The notes: generated by a model from the sequence alone, not told the origin. A DNA stretch of 64,000 nucleotides from Antedon mediterranea (GCF_964355755.1 NC_092678.1:12398352-12462351), one strand, 5' to 3'. Counted from the stretch's first letter, positions 35,960 through 49,731 are shown. Numbers and translations: made by a program.

Positions 35960-37030
35960 CTTTATTTACTTTAGGCCTCTGGCTCCTAGTAATAACAAAA
36001 TAATAATTACATTGAAAATAAAGCAATTTATGGTCACAAGATAAATGAATTAATTAATTTCGTTCTCTAAGCAAAACATATATCTTAACTTATAAGCATG
36101 ATAAATATATTTAGATAGATTATGAATAAATTATTGGATCCTGTGATGACATTAAACGGCAGAATTTAAAAGTATTTGGATTTTCAAAAAATAATGAAGG
36201 TATACATTTTTTTCTTATTTCCTTGTAACAACGAGAACAAACCGTAACAAAATGATATTCATCTTCAACTTCATTTATATTACATATTTTACATAACCTT
36301 TTGTTGCGCTCTATTCTTTTCCATCTTCCCTTTTCTACCTCTAGTTGAAGTATGCCCAGTCTTAGTTGACTTAAAGCTCGCTTATATCTAGTATCAAGGT
36401 TCTGTAGTAAGTATCCATCTACTCCGAAATTGTTTTTGAACATAATATCTTAATTTTGAAGAAATATTTATGCTTTCATGAAAGGATTGGCGTTCCATAT
36501 TGGTTAGCCTTTCTTTTATTTTATTAATTATATAAAACTTATCAAGGACATTATTTTGTGAAAACCATATGTTTCCATGACCAATAGAGCATAACATATG
36601 TTTTACATCGCTTACCCAACAATTACTATTATTTTGCGCTTTACGAAGTTGAGATTTATAACATTTCTTCGCATATTTGTCCTTGTTCATATTTACTAGT
36701 CTTACCCAATAACGGATAACATTGAGTACACTTTAGATTGATAAAGAGAATCGTCCACATTCTCCTCTAATTGAAACATTTGTGGCTGATTTCCCGACCC
36801 CTAAAACATATCTACAGAAATTATTTTGAATATCATCAATTTTTTTGTTGTTTAGTTTTCCCCATATTTCACTACCACACAGTATAATTGGGTTTATTTT
36901 AACATCAAATAAGTAGTTCCAAATATTCACTGGTAAATGTCCATATTTCTGATATACAATATTTTTGAGTGAGAAAAGTGCTTTATTAGCCTGTGTATTA
37001 TTTTGTTCTCTTGCCTTTTCCCAATTTCCT
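35960..37030 (-). pseudogene. RTEX-like LINE 3' remnant
   Basis: RGECGRFSL, YWVRL and QLRLG..LEVEKGRW..RLCKICNINEVEDEYHFVTVC motifs. Confidence 0.7.
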
Positions 37031-38995
37031 TTTTTTTTCTCTTTCGTGGGGCCAACCCACTTTTATTTCATTCTTCATATTACACATTGTAGTTATATAT
37101 AGAAATTGTATAAAATGTCATTAAAAAAATGTTTTAAATATATATATATATATAAATAAAAATTAAAATAATAATGAAACAATTAAAAATTAATACATGC
37201 AATTTTAAGAATACAAGTTAATAATTTTCTTTTTACGTTACCCCATTTCTTTTTTGCCTTGTTTATGTTACAAGCATATAACAAGTTCCAGACGACTTTT
37301 GATCTAATTTTTGAATGCTTTTCTAATGATTTAATAAAATTTGTTTTATAAATACAAAAAGTAAACAATGATAATAATTCATTGACATTTTCACTTTTTG
37401 TTCCAATAACAATGTCTAGCCAATCATGTACGGTTTCTTCAAGTGTATAGCATTTTAGAATCATGTTGTTGAATTTTGTCCATACTTTTTGGATACTTTT
37501 ACATTTCAAAAGCATGTGCTTGTCTGTCTCAATTTCGTTTTGGCAGTGTTCGCACATTTCTTCAGGAGATATTTTCCATATCTTCATTCGTTGTTTACAT
37601 GCCAGAATCCGATGTAGCAGTTTAACATTAAATTGTGCTACTTTTGTTACATGTTTCATGCTATAGACTTTTTTTTAACCATATTTCATTCCACTTAAAG
37701 TTAAATTTCTAAATTCTGTTTCCCATTTCGATTGACAAAATGGAGTAATAGATATATTGTTGATAATGTGTTTATAATAAAATTAATTTTTATACTTTTT
37801 ACAATATATTGTTTGTATTTCTTGTTTGTCTTTTTTTTATTGTTTATAATTATTTTCCTCCAATTTGAGGGAATTGCATTTACAATCTTAAAATATACAA
37901 TTATTCCAGTTTGTTGCTCTGAAAGGGTGGGTATCAATTCTGTCGGAGTCATTAATCTGTGATTAACTATTTTATCTGTTATTGTTTTATACCCTGCTTG
38001 TATCCAACTTTTAAAATATAATGTTTTTCAACTTCATTTACATTTTGCGGGTATGTAATACTTATATTGTTAAAATACACTAACACTTTTAACATTTCTT
38101 TATAAAATTCAGGCATACATTTTAGGTCTACATGACTTTCAAAATTGGGTTCACTAGTATTGACAGTATAATTAAATGGATACATATAATGTTTTGGTAA
38201 ATATTTCCATTTACCTGGGTCAGGGCTTAACAATTTCTTAACCCAACTAAGTTTTAACGAACTAACCATTGTGCTAAGATGTACCATATTATTTAGACCA
38301 CCTCCTAATATTGAATTTATGGGTTTTCTTTTTATTATTTCTCTTTTTTTACCCCACAAAAATCTATATAATACCTTTTCTACTTTTGGGAATACATATA
38401 TAGGCACATTTATGACACTAGCATTATATATAAGTTGGGAAATTGCAAATGTTTTTATAATAATTATTTTTCCAAAAAAAGAAAGGTTTCTTTTTTGCCA
38501 TAATTGCAATATCTGACAAGTTTAGGGATTTTTTCATTCCAGTTCTTTTCTTCGCACACTCTTTTATTGTGTCGACATATATCCCTAAGAATTTAACTGG
38601 ATTCTTCGTCCATGTTAGATTAAAAGGTGCTGTTTCATTGTTTTTGCTGGAACCAATCCACATTCCTTTAGTTTTTTCTTTATTTAATTTTAATCCAGAT
38701 ATATTACAAAAAACCTCTATTTCTTTCAAAAGTGTTTTTAAACTAGTCTCGTCTTGTGTAAATAAGACGGTGTCATCTGCTAATTGACACATTTTAACAG
38801 TACTTTCATTTACATTATCTATATTACATGGTAACATAATGCCTTTACATAGAGGATTATCTCTAATAATAATAATATTATTATTATCCATTATTTCAAC
38901 AGCAAGTGTGAATAAAAGAGCAGACAGTGGACATCCTTGTCTTACTCCACTTTCCATCTGAAAACTTTCAGGTAGCCATCCATTATTTTCTATAA
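37031..38995 (-). pseudogene. L1/Tx1-clade LINE ORF2 3' remnant
   Basis: SGVRQGCPLS, QLADDT, NLSFFGKIIIIK and FNVKLLHRIL..CEHC..ETDKHMLLKC motifs; A-rich tail at ~37030-37075. Confidence 0.85.
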
Positions 38996-39023
38996 CTAGA
39001 TTGCACGCTCGCGTACCATCTAG

Positions 39024-39395
39024 GTATACTGCTGCTATGCCAAACCTGGACAGCTTACTCACTTATTGGGCGAACATAACACGTATACACGGAGATCAAA
39101 TCTTCAGTCGGGACACCAAACCGTTTGAGAAGTGATAGCATGTATAGTCGTCGACTACTTTTACTAATAATAATCATTAAAGTGGTACTGCCAGCTAAGA
39201 TTGGACTGGACAGTCAGGCCCAGAAGCCTGGTCTCAGACACCACCTCGCGCTCCACCCCAGCGATTTGAAGGTGAGGAGGGTTAGGCGGTTCCTTCATAA
39301 AACAAACCTGCATAACCTTACTGGGGTTGAGCTCGAGGCGGTTGTCCGTTGCCCAAGCATCCAGATCCTGAACATCCACTCAAATTTGGCTATCC
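39024..39395 (-). pseudogene. GC-richer LINE RT fragment
   Basis: QDLDAWATDNRLELNPSK..RLLGLTVQSNLSW. Confidence 0.7.
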
Positions 39396-39444
39396 AGCCA
39401 CTGATACCCACAGCATTGTCATATTTTCAGTTATTTGCCTTTTG

Positions 39445-39495
<51 letters not shown>

Positions 39496-39504
39496 CACAT
39501 TTTC

Positions 39505-39546
39505 TTGCACTGATGAAGGACTAGTGTTGCTCGAAAGCTCTGTTAA
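39505..39546 (+). ncRNA. Minimal type I hammerhead ribozyme motif in a PLE pLTR
   Basis: TTGCA-CTGATGA-AGGACTAGTGTTGCTC-GAAA-GCTC-TGTT. Homologous degenerate cores at 57347, ~60205 and 61528. Confidence 0.6.
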
Positions 39547-39613
39547 CTTTTCTGACTGTTATCATCAAACTATTATTATGTATTTTGTCTCATGTCTAAT
39601 GGTGACATCATTA

Positions 39614-40300
39614 TCATTTGAGAATGTTGTGCTTGGCGTAATCAACTATATTTGGTCTATGCCATCTCCTATGCGACTCAAGGTTAGCTTTGCTATTATA
39701 AATAGTACCGCACTCTGGACATCTGTATCTCAAATAAACAATTTTTGGACAATTATGATTAGCAAGAGATAGTGGTTCGTTAAAATATTCCTTACATAAC
39801 TGGCAGACTATTTTTCTGGTTTTAATTTTAGTCATGTCTTCAATCTGTAGATCCTGAACGTCATTATCTTCAATAATGATAGTACCATTTATAAACGAGT
39901 TTTTTGACTCAGTTGCGTATGGTAACTCAGGATATGTTGTCCCGTTGACTATTTGAGATGTTGTAAGAGCACCGTCTGTTATTGAAATGTGTTCTTGTGT
40001 CGTGTTTTGTTGCGTGGATGGTACAGCAGACACGTCAGAGAAAACATAGTTTGATGATTTAGATACATTTAATTTCCATGGAAATGACTTGTCAGTCGTT
40101 ATCGTCGTATGGGTCACATGCTGACTATCGAGTGCAAATATTTTGTTGTATATAGCGTAACGACGAATGATATTCTCTGAGCAAGCGCTAGACACTTTTT
40201 TCTTTTTTTCTTCTTGATCTTTATGTACTTGATCTTGAAAACTTGATCTGTAGGTAACACATTTCCTCTGTTTTCGTCTAACAAGAAATCCTTTAGGCAT
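39614..40300 (-). CDS. insm: Insulinoma-associated (INSM/IA-1/nerfin/egl-46 family) SNAG zinc-finger protein, 228 aa, intronless, divergent
   Basis: N-terminal SNAG motif MPKGFLVRR (likely start at 40300, codon 51 of the listed ORF). CQLCKEYF..PLSLANHNCPKIV..YRCPECG..ANLESHRRWHRP matches the INSM finger-1/finger-2 signature. Confidence 0.85.
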   Translation of the reverse strand: MPKGFLVRRKQRKCVTYRSSFQDQVHKDQEEKKKKVSSACSENIIRRYAIYNKIFALDSQHVTHTTITTDKSFPWKLNVSKSSNYVFSDVSAVPSTQQNTTQEHISITDGALTTSQIVNGTTYPELPYATESKNSFINGTIIIEDNDVQDLQIEDMTKIKTRKIVCQLCKEYFNEPLSLANHNCPKIVYLRYRCPECGTIYNSKANLESHRRWHRPNIVDYAKHNILK

Positions 40301-42699
40301 TATGATTTTCAAAAATACAGACAAAACGAATACAAATGTCCAATATTCAAAAAATAGAAGGAAAAGTAAACAATGCTTTAAGCTGTACGTGTGTTTTAAG
40401 CAGCTGCTGACTAAATGTGTCATTAAAGATAACATTAAACTCAAAAACAAAGAGTCGTATTGGCAGCAATTGGTATGCTGATAAATATCTCCTCAATCTA
40501 TTTAGTAGAAATACAGTGTTTGCCATAATATTTTACGATACTATATACTATACTAGCCAACATAGTTTGGACTCGTACTTTCGATCTAGTCGATTGCGTG
40601 GATATGTTGGTTTGTTACATTGTAAAATAGGATGTTTCCATGTATAGTACTTGCTTTGTTACTTGGCAAAATCAAATTTTTCCAACTATAGTACTTGGAT
40701 GGTTGGATATACAGTATATACTGTATATCTATTAAACATTATTAATGCATTAATTGAAATTACGACGACGGGACCCTTATATTATAATTTGTTGGTATGA
40801 TGACGTTATTAAATTAAAAAATGAAGATGACATTTTCAGACGGTAATGATTTAGCAAAAATATGAAAGATTTGGAAACAAATTGAACACGATGCGCGATC
40901 TTTTAATTTGTATAAAAAATGATGTAAATCAGCCTGTTAATGGCGATGATTTGCTGTTGGTATGGAATAAAATAAAATATAAAAAAAAATAAATATAATA
41001 TATAAAACAAAATAATTTTTTTCAGTTTTACTGGCCATATAATAACGTCACAGCATCCAATATGCCTAAAAGTTATTTACAATTACATTCATTTTTTTTT
41101 AAAACCCGGTTTCCTAAATGTTGTTATGTCCTTTTGTGTCAAAAAATAAATCAAAAGATTGCACAGAAAATATTAACTGGAAATTACTGCAGCTATTATG
41201 ACTGTGCATTTGGTTTACTCTCTCAAAACCAGACTTAACTTAAGTTCCAAAAGTCCCAAATTCTTTCTTACCATTAAAACACATTTTGGAATTCCAGGCT
41301 TCCAGAAAACCAGAAATAAAAAAAATAAAATTCTCAGCTTAAATACAGTATCATTTGCAGCACATAATTGTCAATAAATAACTGTTACTTATTTGACTGT
41401 AACTGATTGACTTGGGTGGAGCAAAGCAGTCTATTTGGATGGTGTTCAAGCAGTAACCAATCTATAATGTGTGTATGTGGCAAATTTTAATGTTAACATT
41501 TTAACAATATGTCTATAAAATTGTTGTGGGCATGCAACTGTAATAATTCTGAATGCAGCACTTAATTAATTAAATGGCACATTTAAGTAAGTCAAAAAGA
41601 CCAAAATGTTTATGTAATGTTATTTTTTGATTATGAAAGTGCAACATACAGTTCAATGCATTATTCACTCATGATATTATTTACCAATACATCAATAAAT
41701 ATTAATTGGTTAAAAAGTATTTAAATATGATATAATTTAATAGCATTGACCAACAAAAACGTGAAAGTCACCAGCAGTTATATCTACTTGTATTGTTTAT
41801 AAGTTCAATAAACTAGTTGTACTATGCTCATCTTTCATTAAATGCGTACATTTTGAATATCATGAATTGATTTTAACAATCACAGGAGTGTGTAATCTTA
41901 AGAATTATTAATATATTCAAGACTTAAAATATATTGTCCCCCATATACATAATCAAAAATGAATATTAATAAAATCAGACCCTAAATAGTCCATTTTGCA
42001 ATATTACATTTTTCAAAAAAATCCCAACGAAGACCTATAATGCTTATAATGCTGATAATGCATTTGCAGCTCTATTGTGGAAAAATTTAAATTTTTTCTA
42101 ATTCAACTCATGATACACATTCTATCGAAGGTGTCAAACCCCTTTTTAATTTTTTTCCCATCTTACTTTTTTTAAGTGCTTTGGGGCTATACACATTCGA
42201 CGTGCCTATGCAAATATTGCCGTTATATTACACACGCATAGGCTTTCAGCTTTGACCCAATGTATATAAATTATTTATATTTTATTTTTATAGTATTTTA
42301 TTAATTTGAAATTAAAATGTTATGTTTCAAAGAAGAATCAATTTTATTTAGTTACCAGAGAAAAAGATTGATAGAGATGGCAGCAGAAATATTACTTACT
42401 TTACTATTATTGCCTCGTATTTCAAGAGTATCACCTCCAAACCGCTAGAACATATCATATTTAGGTAAAGCTAGTGGGATTCTAGTTAAATTTATCCGTA
42501 CGGTAAACTGTATACAACAGGAATTACGTATCGTGCATGTTTAATGAGAGTTGGTAGGGTACAAGTAAAGAAAACCAGGTTGATATTGTTAAAGATTAGT
42601 TAAATGAAAATAAAAAACTATATTATAAGCATGTATTCAAGTTATGTCTATCGTCAAAGTGCCTTAGATAAGCACTTTCACGATAATAAAGATATATAC

Positions 42700-42842
42700 C
42701 TTCATATTTTCAGCTGTAAGGGTGACTGTAAAGTCTGTTCCGGATGTCAATCCAGTAGTATTGATGAAGAAGCCCGTCTTCACTTTGTCTCCTGCTCCAT
42801 AGTAGAATGTTGAATTGTTATCGTTTGCGCTCACATCAATAA
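42700..42842 (-). CDS. Probable exon of an extracellular multidomain protein, downstream of the discoidin exon
   Basis: AG|..|GT boundaries; open frame VIDVSANDNNSTFYYGAGDKVKTGFFINTTGLTSGTDFTVTLTAENMK; phase 1 start matches the end of the upstream exon. Confidence 0.5.
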
Positions 42843-43045
42843 CTTAATTTTACAGTAAAACAAATGTATTAATACATTTAAAATGTTTACGATTAGCTAG
42901 AAAAAGATATGATTGCATACAATTGTACATAACGCGATTTCAAAGCATTTTCCACTTGTGTTTAAATTTGCAAATTACCAAAAAACAAAAATGTTCTAAT
43001 AACTTTTTTGTCGGATTTTAAAATAAAAGTTTCAAAAATAATTAC

Positions 43046-43177
43046 CTGGACAACCGTAGAGTTTCATTCTTACCAGCTATGTATCTTATATGGATAAATT
43101 CGAATGTATCGAGCATTTACAGGAGAATAAAAACAATTGATAACGACACTGTGTCCATCAAAATTTCCCGGAAAACG
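43046..43177 (-). pseudogene. Discoidin / F5-F8 type C domain C-terminal exon with a frameshift
   Basis: RFPGNFDGHSVVINCFYSPVNARYIRIYP..W, then VRMKLYGCP in a shifted frame; canonical TAG| and |GTAAT splice sites. Confidence 0.7.
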
Positions 43178-43209
43178 CTACAAATAAGATGTACAGATAT
43201 CAGTTTAGC

Positions 43210-43526
<317 letters not shown>

Positions 43527-43557
43527 ATATATTCTTGTTACTAAAATAAAACAAAAA

Positions 43558-43958
43558 GAGAGATAGAGAGAGAAATTTAGTAAAACGCTTTCAATATTCT
43601 TAATAGTATTGAATTACGTCCCCGCAAAACTATGGTACAATTATTTCCTAATGTTTTAATTGAACCATTAAAAAAATATGATAGTAATTACCTTAAACAT
43701 CATTCTGTTCTTTGTACTAACAAATTATCGATTTATGCAAAACTATGCTAAGAGTGAGAGATAGAGAGAGATAGAGAGAGAAATTTAGTAAAACGCTTTC
43801 AATATTCTTAATAGTATTAAATTACGTCCCCGCAAAACTATGGTACAATTATTTCCTAATGTTTTAATTGAACCATTAAAAAAATATGTTAGTAATTACC
43901 TTAAACATCATTCTGTTCTTTGTACTAACAAATTATCGATTTATGCAAAACTATGCTA
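43558..43958. repeat. ~205-bp tandem duplication
   Basis: 43558-43750 is nearly identical to ~43767-43958. Confidence 0.9.
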
Positions 43959-44275
43959 TTAATACTAAAATCTAGTTACACTATCGAAATAATATTACGT
44001 TGCTAAAACAAACAATACAAATTTATGAATTACTGCCACTGTAAATTATATAATACACCGTTTGTCTATATTGCCAATGTTCCTATTTGTTAACATTTCC
44101 GGAGGAGGTTAAGTACATAATAATAATAATAATAAGGACATCATTCATTGATTCCGATTTACGTACTTAAAAAAACATTCTTTAAAAATCTTAAATATTC
44201 GGACCAAATTACTTATTTCTTAATTACATATCGGAATTGATCAAACAAATGCATATGTACTATAACAGCCTCTAC

Positions 44276-45583
44276 TGTTGGGCGTAGGTTTTCACTTGAA
44301 CGATCAAATAAACAATCTCAGACAACTTGTAACGCATCAAACACTTTTATTCAATTCTCAATTGGCAACTTCCCGATGTGATGAAGATCACGATAATGAC
44401 GCTGATCAGCTATTGAATAAAGACTGACTTTACTGATGGTGATGATGATAATGATGATGGTTTCAACAAGAAACAAAAGATAATAACATGTTTGTATTAT
44501 AACAAGCATTTACGTTTAAATAACTCTTACGGAGCTCCAAATATAACAATAACAAACACTTCCGTGTAAATAGCTCTTGTATAGAGCCGTGCTCAATCAA
44601 GCGGAACAAGCACCGTCCGCATCGCGATTTTTTTTTTCGTACATAAGTTGGGGACCCCTCATGAAACGTCACAAAAATAAACATGAATAATTCATCAGTT
44701 ACATTTGTTGTTCCGTGTGCACCCAAGCGTATAGCAACAAGAAGTGATTACACGAACAACTGCGATACGATTCTTTCTACAGTAGGCCTAGGATTCACGT
44801 GATTACCTTCGCGCAATATTCTTCACACAAAATGTGTCGAGTCGAGGCTAATCGACAGCTAGGCAAGACATTAAACTAAGTAGTAATTCATTGGACATAG
44901 CCCAAAGAAAGCTTAGACCCACAAGAATAAAGAATGTGTATAATTTGTGTACTGTATTTTTTTAATTCTGCTATTTTATTATCAAACAATATGCATGAAC
45001 TCAAAGGAACTTTAAAAATGCGCGTATATGAACACATGGGATGGGAAGATTAGACCCACGAGAATAAAAAATGTATTTTTGTGTAATGTTTAATGTTTAA
45101 TTTTGCTGACTTATTACTCGGATTGTGTCATACCTAACACACACACGTCACACACATACACACCGTACCCACACAGCTACTACTAGAATAGACATGGGTT
45201 TAGAGACTAATAATTAGGCCTATAGTATTAATAGAAACTATAATTTTAACACGTAATTCTTTAGTAATAAATTATATTAAAAACACCATAAACAAAAGCT
45301 GATTATTTCGACAATCCACAAAACGCCGCTATTCTTCTATGAAATCGCACGCCGCAACAACAGCGGAGATAGGCCTAGAATCGTACCGCACTTGTGTAAT
45401 CACTTCTTGTTGGTATACGCTTGGGTGCACACGGAACAAGAAAATTTAACTGATGAATTATTCATGTTTATTTTGTGACGTTTCTTGAGGGGGTCCCCAA
45501 CTTATGTACGAAAAAAAAAATCGCGTCCGCATCACTGGATTTCATCCCATGACAACCGCGGGATAATTGCGAACGTTACAACA
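44276..45583 (-). mobile_element. Possible solo LTR hosting the MULE MITE
   Basis: TGTTG...CAACA ends with minus-strand AATAAA at ~44347; TSD not clean. Confidence 0.35.
44624..45524. mobile_element. MULE-type MITE
   Basis: ~150-bp TIRs (GCGATTTTTTTTTTCGTACATAAGTTGGG..) and a 9-bp TSD GTCCGCATC. Confidence 0.85.
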
Positions 45584-47104
45584 TTATACATGAACATGCT
45601 TTCAATCTTGGCCACAGATAGGCCTACACTCCACGCACCATTTAGACGGCGTTCAGAGTCAAATTTATCTATAATATACCTTCAATCAACTACTGCATTA
45701 ATCATAATTTCTTATTATTATCACAATATTATTCATTAGATGATTAAAACTTACGTTTGTTTCTCTTCTAGATAGACCTACGCATAGAACACATTATCTT
45801 TGTGAGCGGACATATTAGACAACCTTTAATTATAGAGGGCGCTAAACTAAAAATGAGCCGTAACATGTACTACAATAAGCATACTTACCTTCTTTCAAAT
45901 TACCACCACTAATTCAAAATATATAACAAAGTATTTTGTCTTACTTTCTTACCATCGTTAACTATTGTTTTTTCAAATTAAATAACAACTCCATTGTCTT
46001 ACTTCCTTACCATTGTTTACCATTGTATTAATTATATTAGGATCAAATAATGTCATCCCCTTAAATGCCCTCTACGGGGACTGGACCTACATACTTTACT
46101 ACTCAAAACTAACGTTAACAATTACCGTCCCATTTCTGTTCTTTCTATTTTTGCCAAAATCTTTGAACGTATAATTTATGATAGGACGTATTCCTTCATT
46201 CAAAAACACAACATTCTCTTCGAGAATCAATACGGTTTTTTGTAAAGGATACGATTCAGCAATGGCCCTCCTACAACTCACTAATAATATTGTGGATACC
46301 TTTGAAAACAATAAATTTGCTACTGGTATTTTCATAGATCTTTCAAAGGCATTTGACACCCTAGACCATTCAATACTTTTAGCTAAATTTCAAAATGATG
46401 GTATTCGCGGAATCACTAACAATCTCTTTAATAGTTATCTTTCAAACAGACTTCAATGTACACAAATCAATCATGTTTCCCCCAAATTCCTTCCTATATC
46501 TCATGGTATCCCCCAAAGTTCTTTACTTGGTCCTCTACTTTTGTTACTTTACATTAATGATATTAACCCATCCTCTAATAAATTTTCCTTTTTGCTTTAC
46601 GCTGATGATACCACCGCCCTTTATACCAATAAGAACTTTCAGTCACTTGTTGAAACTGTTAATCAAGAACTTATCAATGTTTTTAATTATTTTTCAGCAA
46701 ATAAGCTTTCAGTTAATACCAAAAATTAATGTTGTGCAGTTTTATTTCGAAATTCAAACAAGCATATTTTTTTGGTGCATGGACATATTGAAATTAACAA
46801 ATTTATAATTAAACAATTCAACAAAACAATACCAAATTTTTGGGCGTTAAAGCAGAAATGTCAACACCTATTTGAGTATTTTTTATGATTGTTTAGCTAT
46901 AATAAAATATATATTAGGTTTTTCGAAATTTTTTATGTAATTTTTACCGCTAAAATCGACGTTTGAAAATACGATTTTTCTGACCAGTCAGCGTTTAAAG
47001 AGCCAACTCATTAACTTTACAGTCGTGACGTCATATCGGGTTTCGCTATCTTCCCTGAAAACCATCACGCTGGATGAGTACATGAAAAAGCCAATCCTCG
47101 CAAA

Positions 47105-48530
47105 ATGTATTCCGATTCCGAAGAAGAAACTTTTTCGTTAGAAATTCAGCCATACCAATATGAGCCTTTGAGAAAGGCTGGGGAATTTGAAAATTATTCT
47201 TCCGAAGAGGAAGAAGAAGACGATGTTGAGGCAGAAGGAAGGGAGGAAAGAGAAGGAAATTTAACATTATATGTTTAAATAGGCTACTCGGGAGGCTACT
47301 GTAGCCTATCAATTAGTTAGCATCGGCTCCGTCATAGGCGCGGCCTACGTTATATTTGTTAGTGTTTAAATACCGATCGTAAAACAGTCTTTAAATCTTC
47401 ATTATTGCTGTTTTTATAATAAAATCATTTTAATACTGTATTATTCGTTAGCTAGCTAAGTACTGTTATGTGTAGCCTTTTCACAATTGTGATTCTACCC
47501 GACTGCCTCGGACAACACCAAAAAAAAAATAAAAATCACGGCCATATACATTATGCGGCCAGCGAGGAAGGTGGTGAGAAAGACATTTTGTTTTGGATCA
47601 AATTTGTTGATTTTAATAGGCATTTGAGTAAATTTACTGTAATAAAATGTAATTATTTTTTCGTAATTATAGGCCTGCTACACTCTATAATACTAAGGCC
47701 AATACTAATAGGCTAGCCACAGTAATAGGCTTTATTCTATTTCTACTAGGCTAGCTACAGAAGCCTAGCTTTTGTTTGGGCTTTTTCGGTGGGATTGGGA
47801 GGACCTTGCTTATATTGATTTTCATTTATTAATTAGTTTAGTAACAGTATAAAGTATATATTTGAGTGCTGTAATGTTGATTCTATGCAGGTGCAAGTGC
47901 TCACATTGTACAGCAACAACTGCTGTTGAGTCTGTATGTTGTTATGAGACAGAGGAGATGGTAGAGAAAATGGGGGAGCAAGTGGTTGGATGCATAACAC
48001 AGCATACCGGGTTCAAAAACAACTGTCTGGACCACGATGTTCTTGAAGTGTCCTTCTGGCATTATGTTAAACAGGAAGGTCCATTTGACGATGATCATCC
48101 AGTGAATCAGTAAGTTTGAGTAAATACTATATTTGAATTAACGCTCAAATTAATTACGAAACAGTTTGTAAATATAACAGTATGGTAGTGGAAATCAGAT
48201 TTTTAATGACAAAACTGACAACATTAAATTAAAAAATTCAATAAACCAACTACCGACCCAAAGGTCCGGCAAGTTTCGATAAAAACAATGCAACTTCTTG
48301 TCTTGTAATGAGACATTAAAGATGGTAAATTTATTTTGTTAACTAATCACAATTTTCTTTATGTTTTCAGACTATATCGCCATGTTGCCTACCGGAGGTT
48401 TACAACTTGGATATAGAAGCTACTTGGGAAGGGCAAAAGAAAAATACTTCCGTCTTGCGTAGTGTTAGCTATTAGGAATGCATTTCCTGCGCAACAATAT
48501 GTAGGCTTTAAATATCCCAAAATTCCATGA
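47105..48530 (+). pseudogene. KolX / P2X7 C-terminal ballast-like Zn-binding protein, 3 exons (47105-47268, 47891-48109, 48371-48530)
   Basis: IQPYQYEP; CKCSHC..ESVCC..CITQHTGFKNNCL; YRHVAYRRFTTWI*..LGKGKRKILPSCVVLAIRNAFP..YVGF. In-frame TAG and a degenerate first donor site. Confidence 0.8.
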
Positions 48531-48744
48531 CTAATTAGCACATTGTACAGTCACATTGTACAGTTGCATAGATTGGAAATCCACCAGTTTCACCAACGTT
48601 CAGTTCCTACAATTAAAACAATAAACAAAAGAGTTATTTAGTTAAGTTTAGTCATGATTGAGGATAATGAAAAAAAAGAACATATATAATTACTGTATGT
48701 TTCGCCATGTGTATTGTAAGACATGCAAATAAGGACTTTATTAC

Positions 48745-49731
48745 CTTGATTATTAAAATATTATTTAGTTGGAAAACGAGTACATCTTTTCTTGACCAAG
48801 TCTGCTTTGGTTTGCACATATTTTGATTTCACAATATATGAAGTTGAACAGCTTGGAGCAGCAAGATCCTGCATTTCAGTCTCGACAGGTACTGGGGGCG
48901 CATCATCAACTGTCGCAAGTCTTTCTTTTTCTTGCTTTTCAATAATCAAGATTGTCTGTAGAAGTAAAAGTAACTTGTATTACTATTATTATGCAAATAA
49001 TATCAAACATGAATAAATTAACTACTGAACCGAATTAGCAATAAAATATAAATAAACCTTCCTGAATTATATTTATTGTAAGTACATAAGCTATTTTATA
49101 AAACATATTGTTATTATTTGACATATAATAAATCAAATAATAAAATAGGCCTACTTAAAATTGTTGCATTATCAGCACACACCATCTTCTCATTCACATC
49201 ATTTATATTATAATCCAAACTAAAAAAAGGCATATTATTATTAATCATTAAAATAAGAATGTGTGGAGGTTAGGCATAGGGCCTGTCCTGTCGATCGAGA
49301 GACGTAAATTCGGCGGTGGTGGTAAGCCTAGTTAGTGCAATAATGAAACAGTAAAAACAACACTTACTTCTCTTCGCCTACGTTTTTGAAAGGCGCCTCT
49401 TGGCCTCTACTACTACTAGCAGCTGGGCCTGGGATCTTCTCGGTGGTGGTGCTTTCTGAAGGCAATGTAACCTTCGAAGGTATTGCCCCGTCTTTCAATT
49501 TCCAATTTACGTTTTCTTTGAATCCAATTTCACGAAATTTAGGTGGGTATTTCGCAAAGTCTTCTTCCAAGAAGTGCTCCGAACATATCGTTGCGAATTT
49601 GCTAGGCTGGAAATTTTTTGGTCTGATGGCGTATCCATGCCTTTCTCAGAGCCGAAGACTTTGGGAAGGAAAAAAATCCTATATTCCGGTCGCGATTTAT
49701 TGGTAAAATTAAATGCTGCACAATAATGCAT
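48745..49731 (-). pseudogene. THAP-domain N-terminus of the Kolobok transposase gene (exons 49368-49731 and 48745-48955); catalytic part missing
   Basis: MHYCAAFN..W..ICSEHF..LKDGAIPS THAP motifs across frameshifts; GT/AG sites. Confidence 0.8.

Noticed and set aside
40301-40450. Hydrophobic 50-aa N-terminal extension of the INSM ORF
   Set aside because: SNAG domains function at the extreme N-terminus, so the ATG at 40300 is the likely start.
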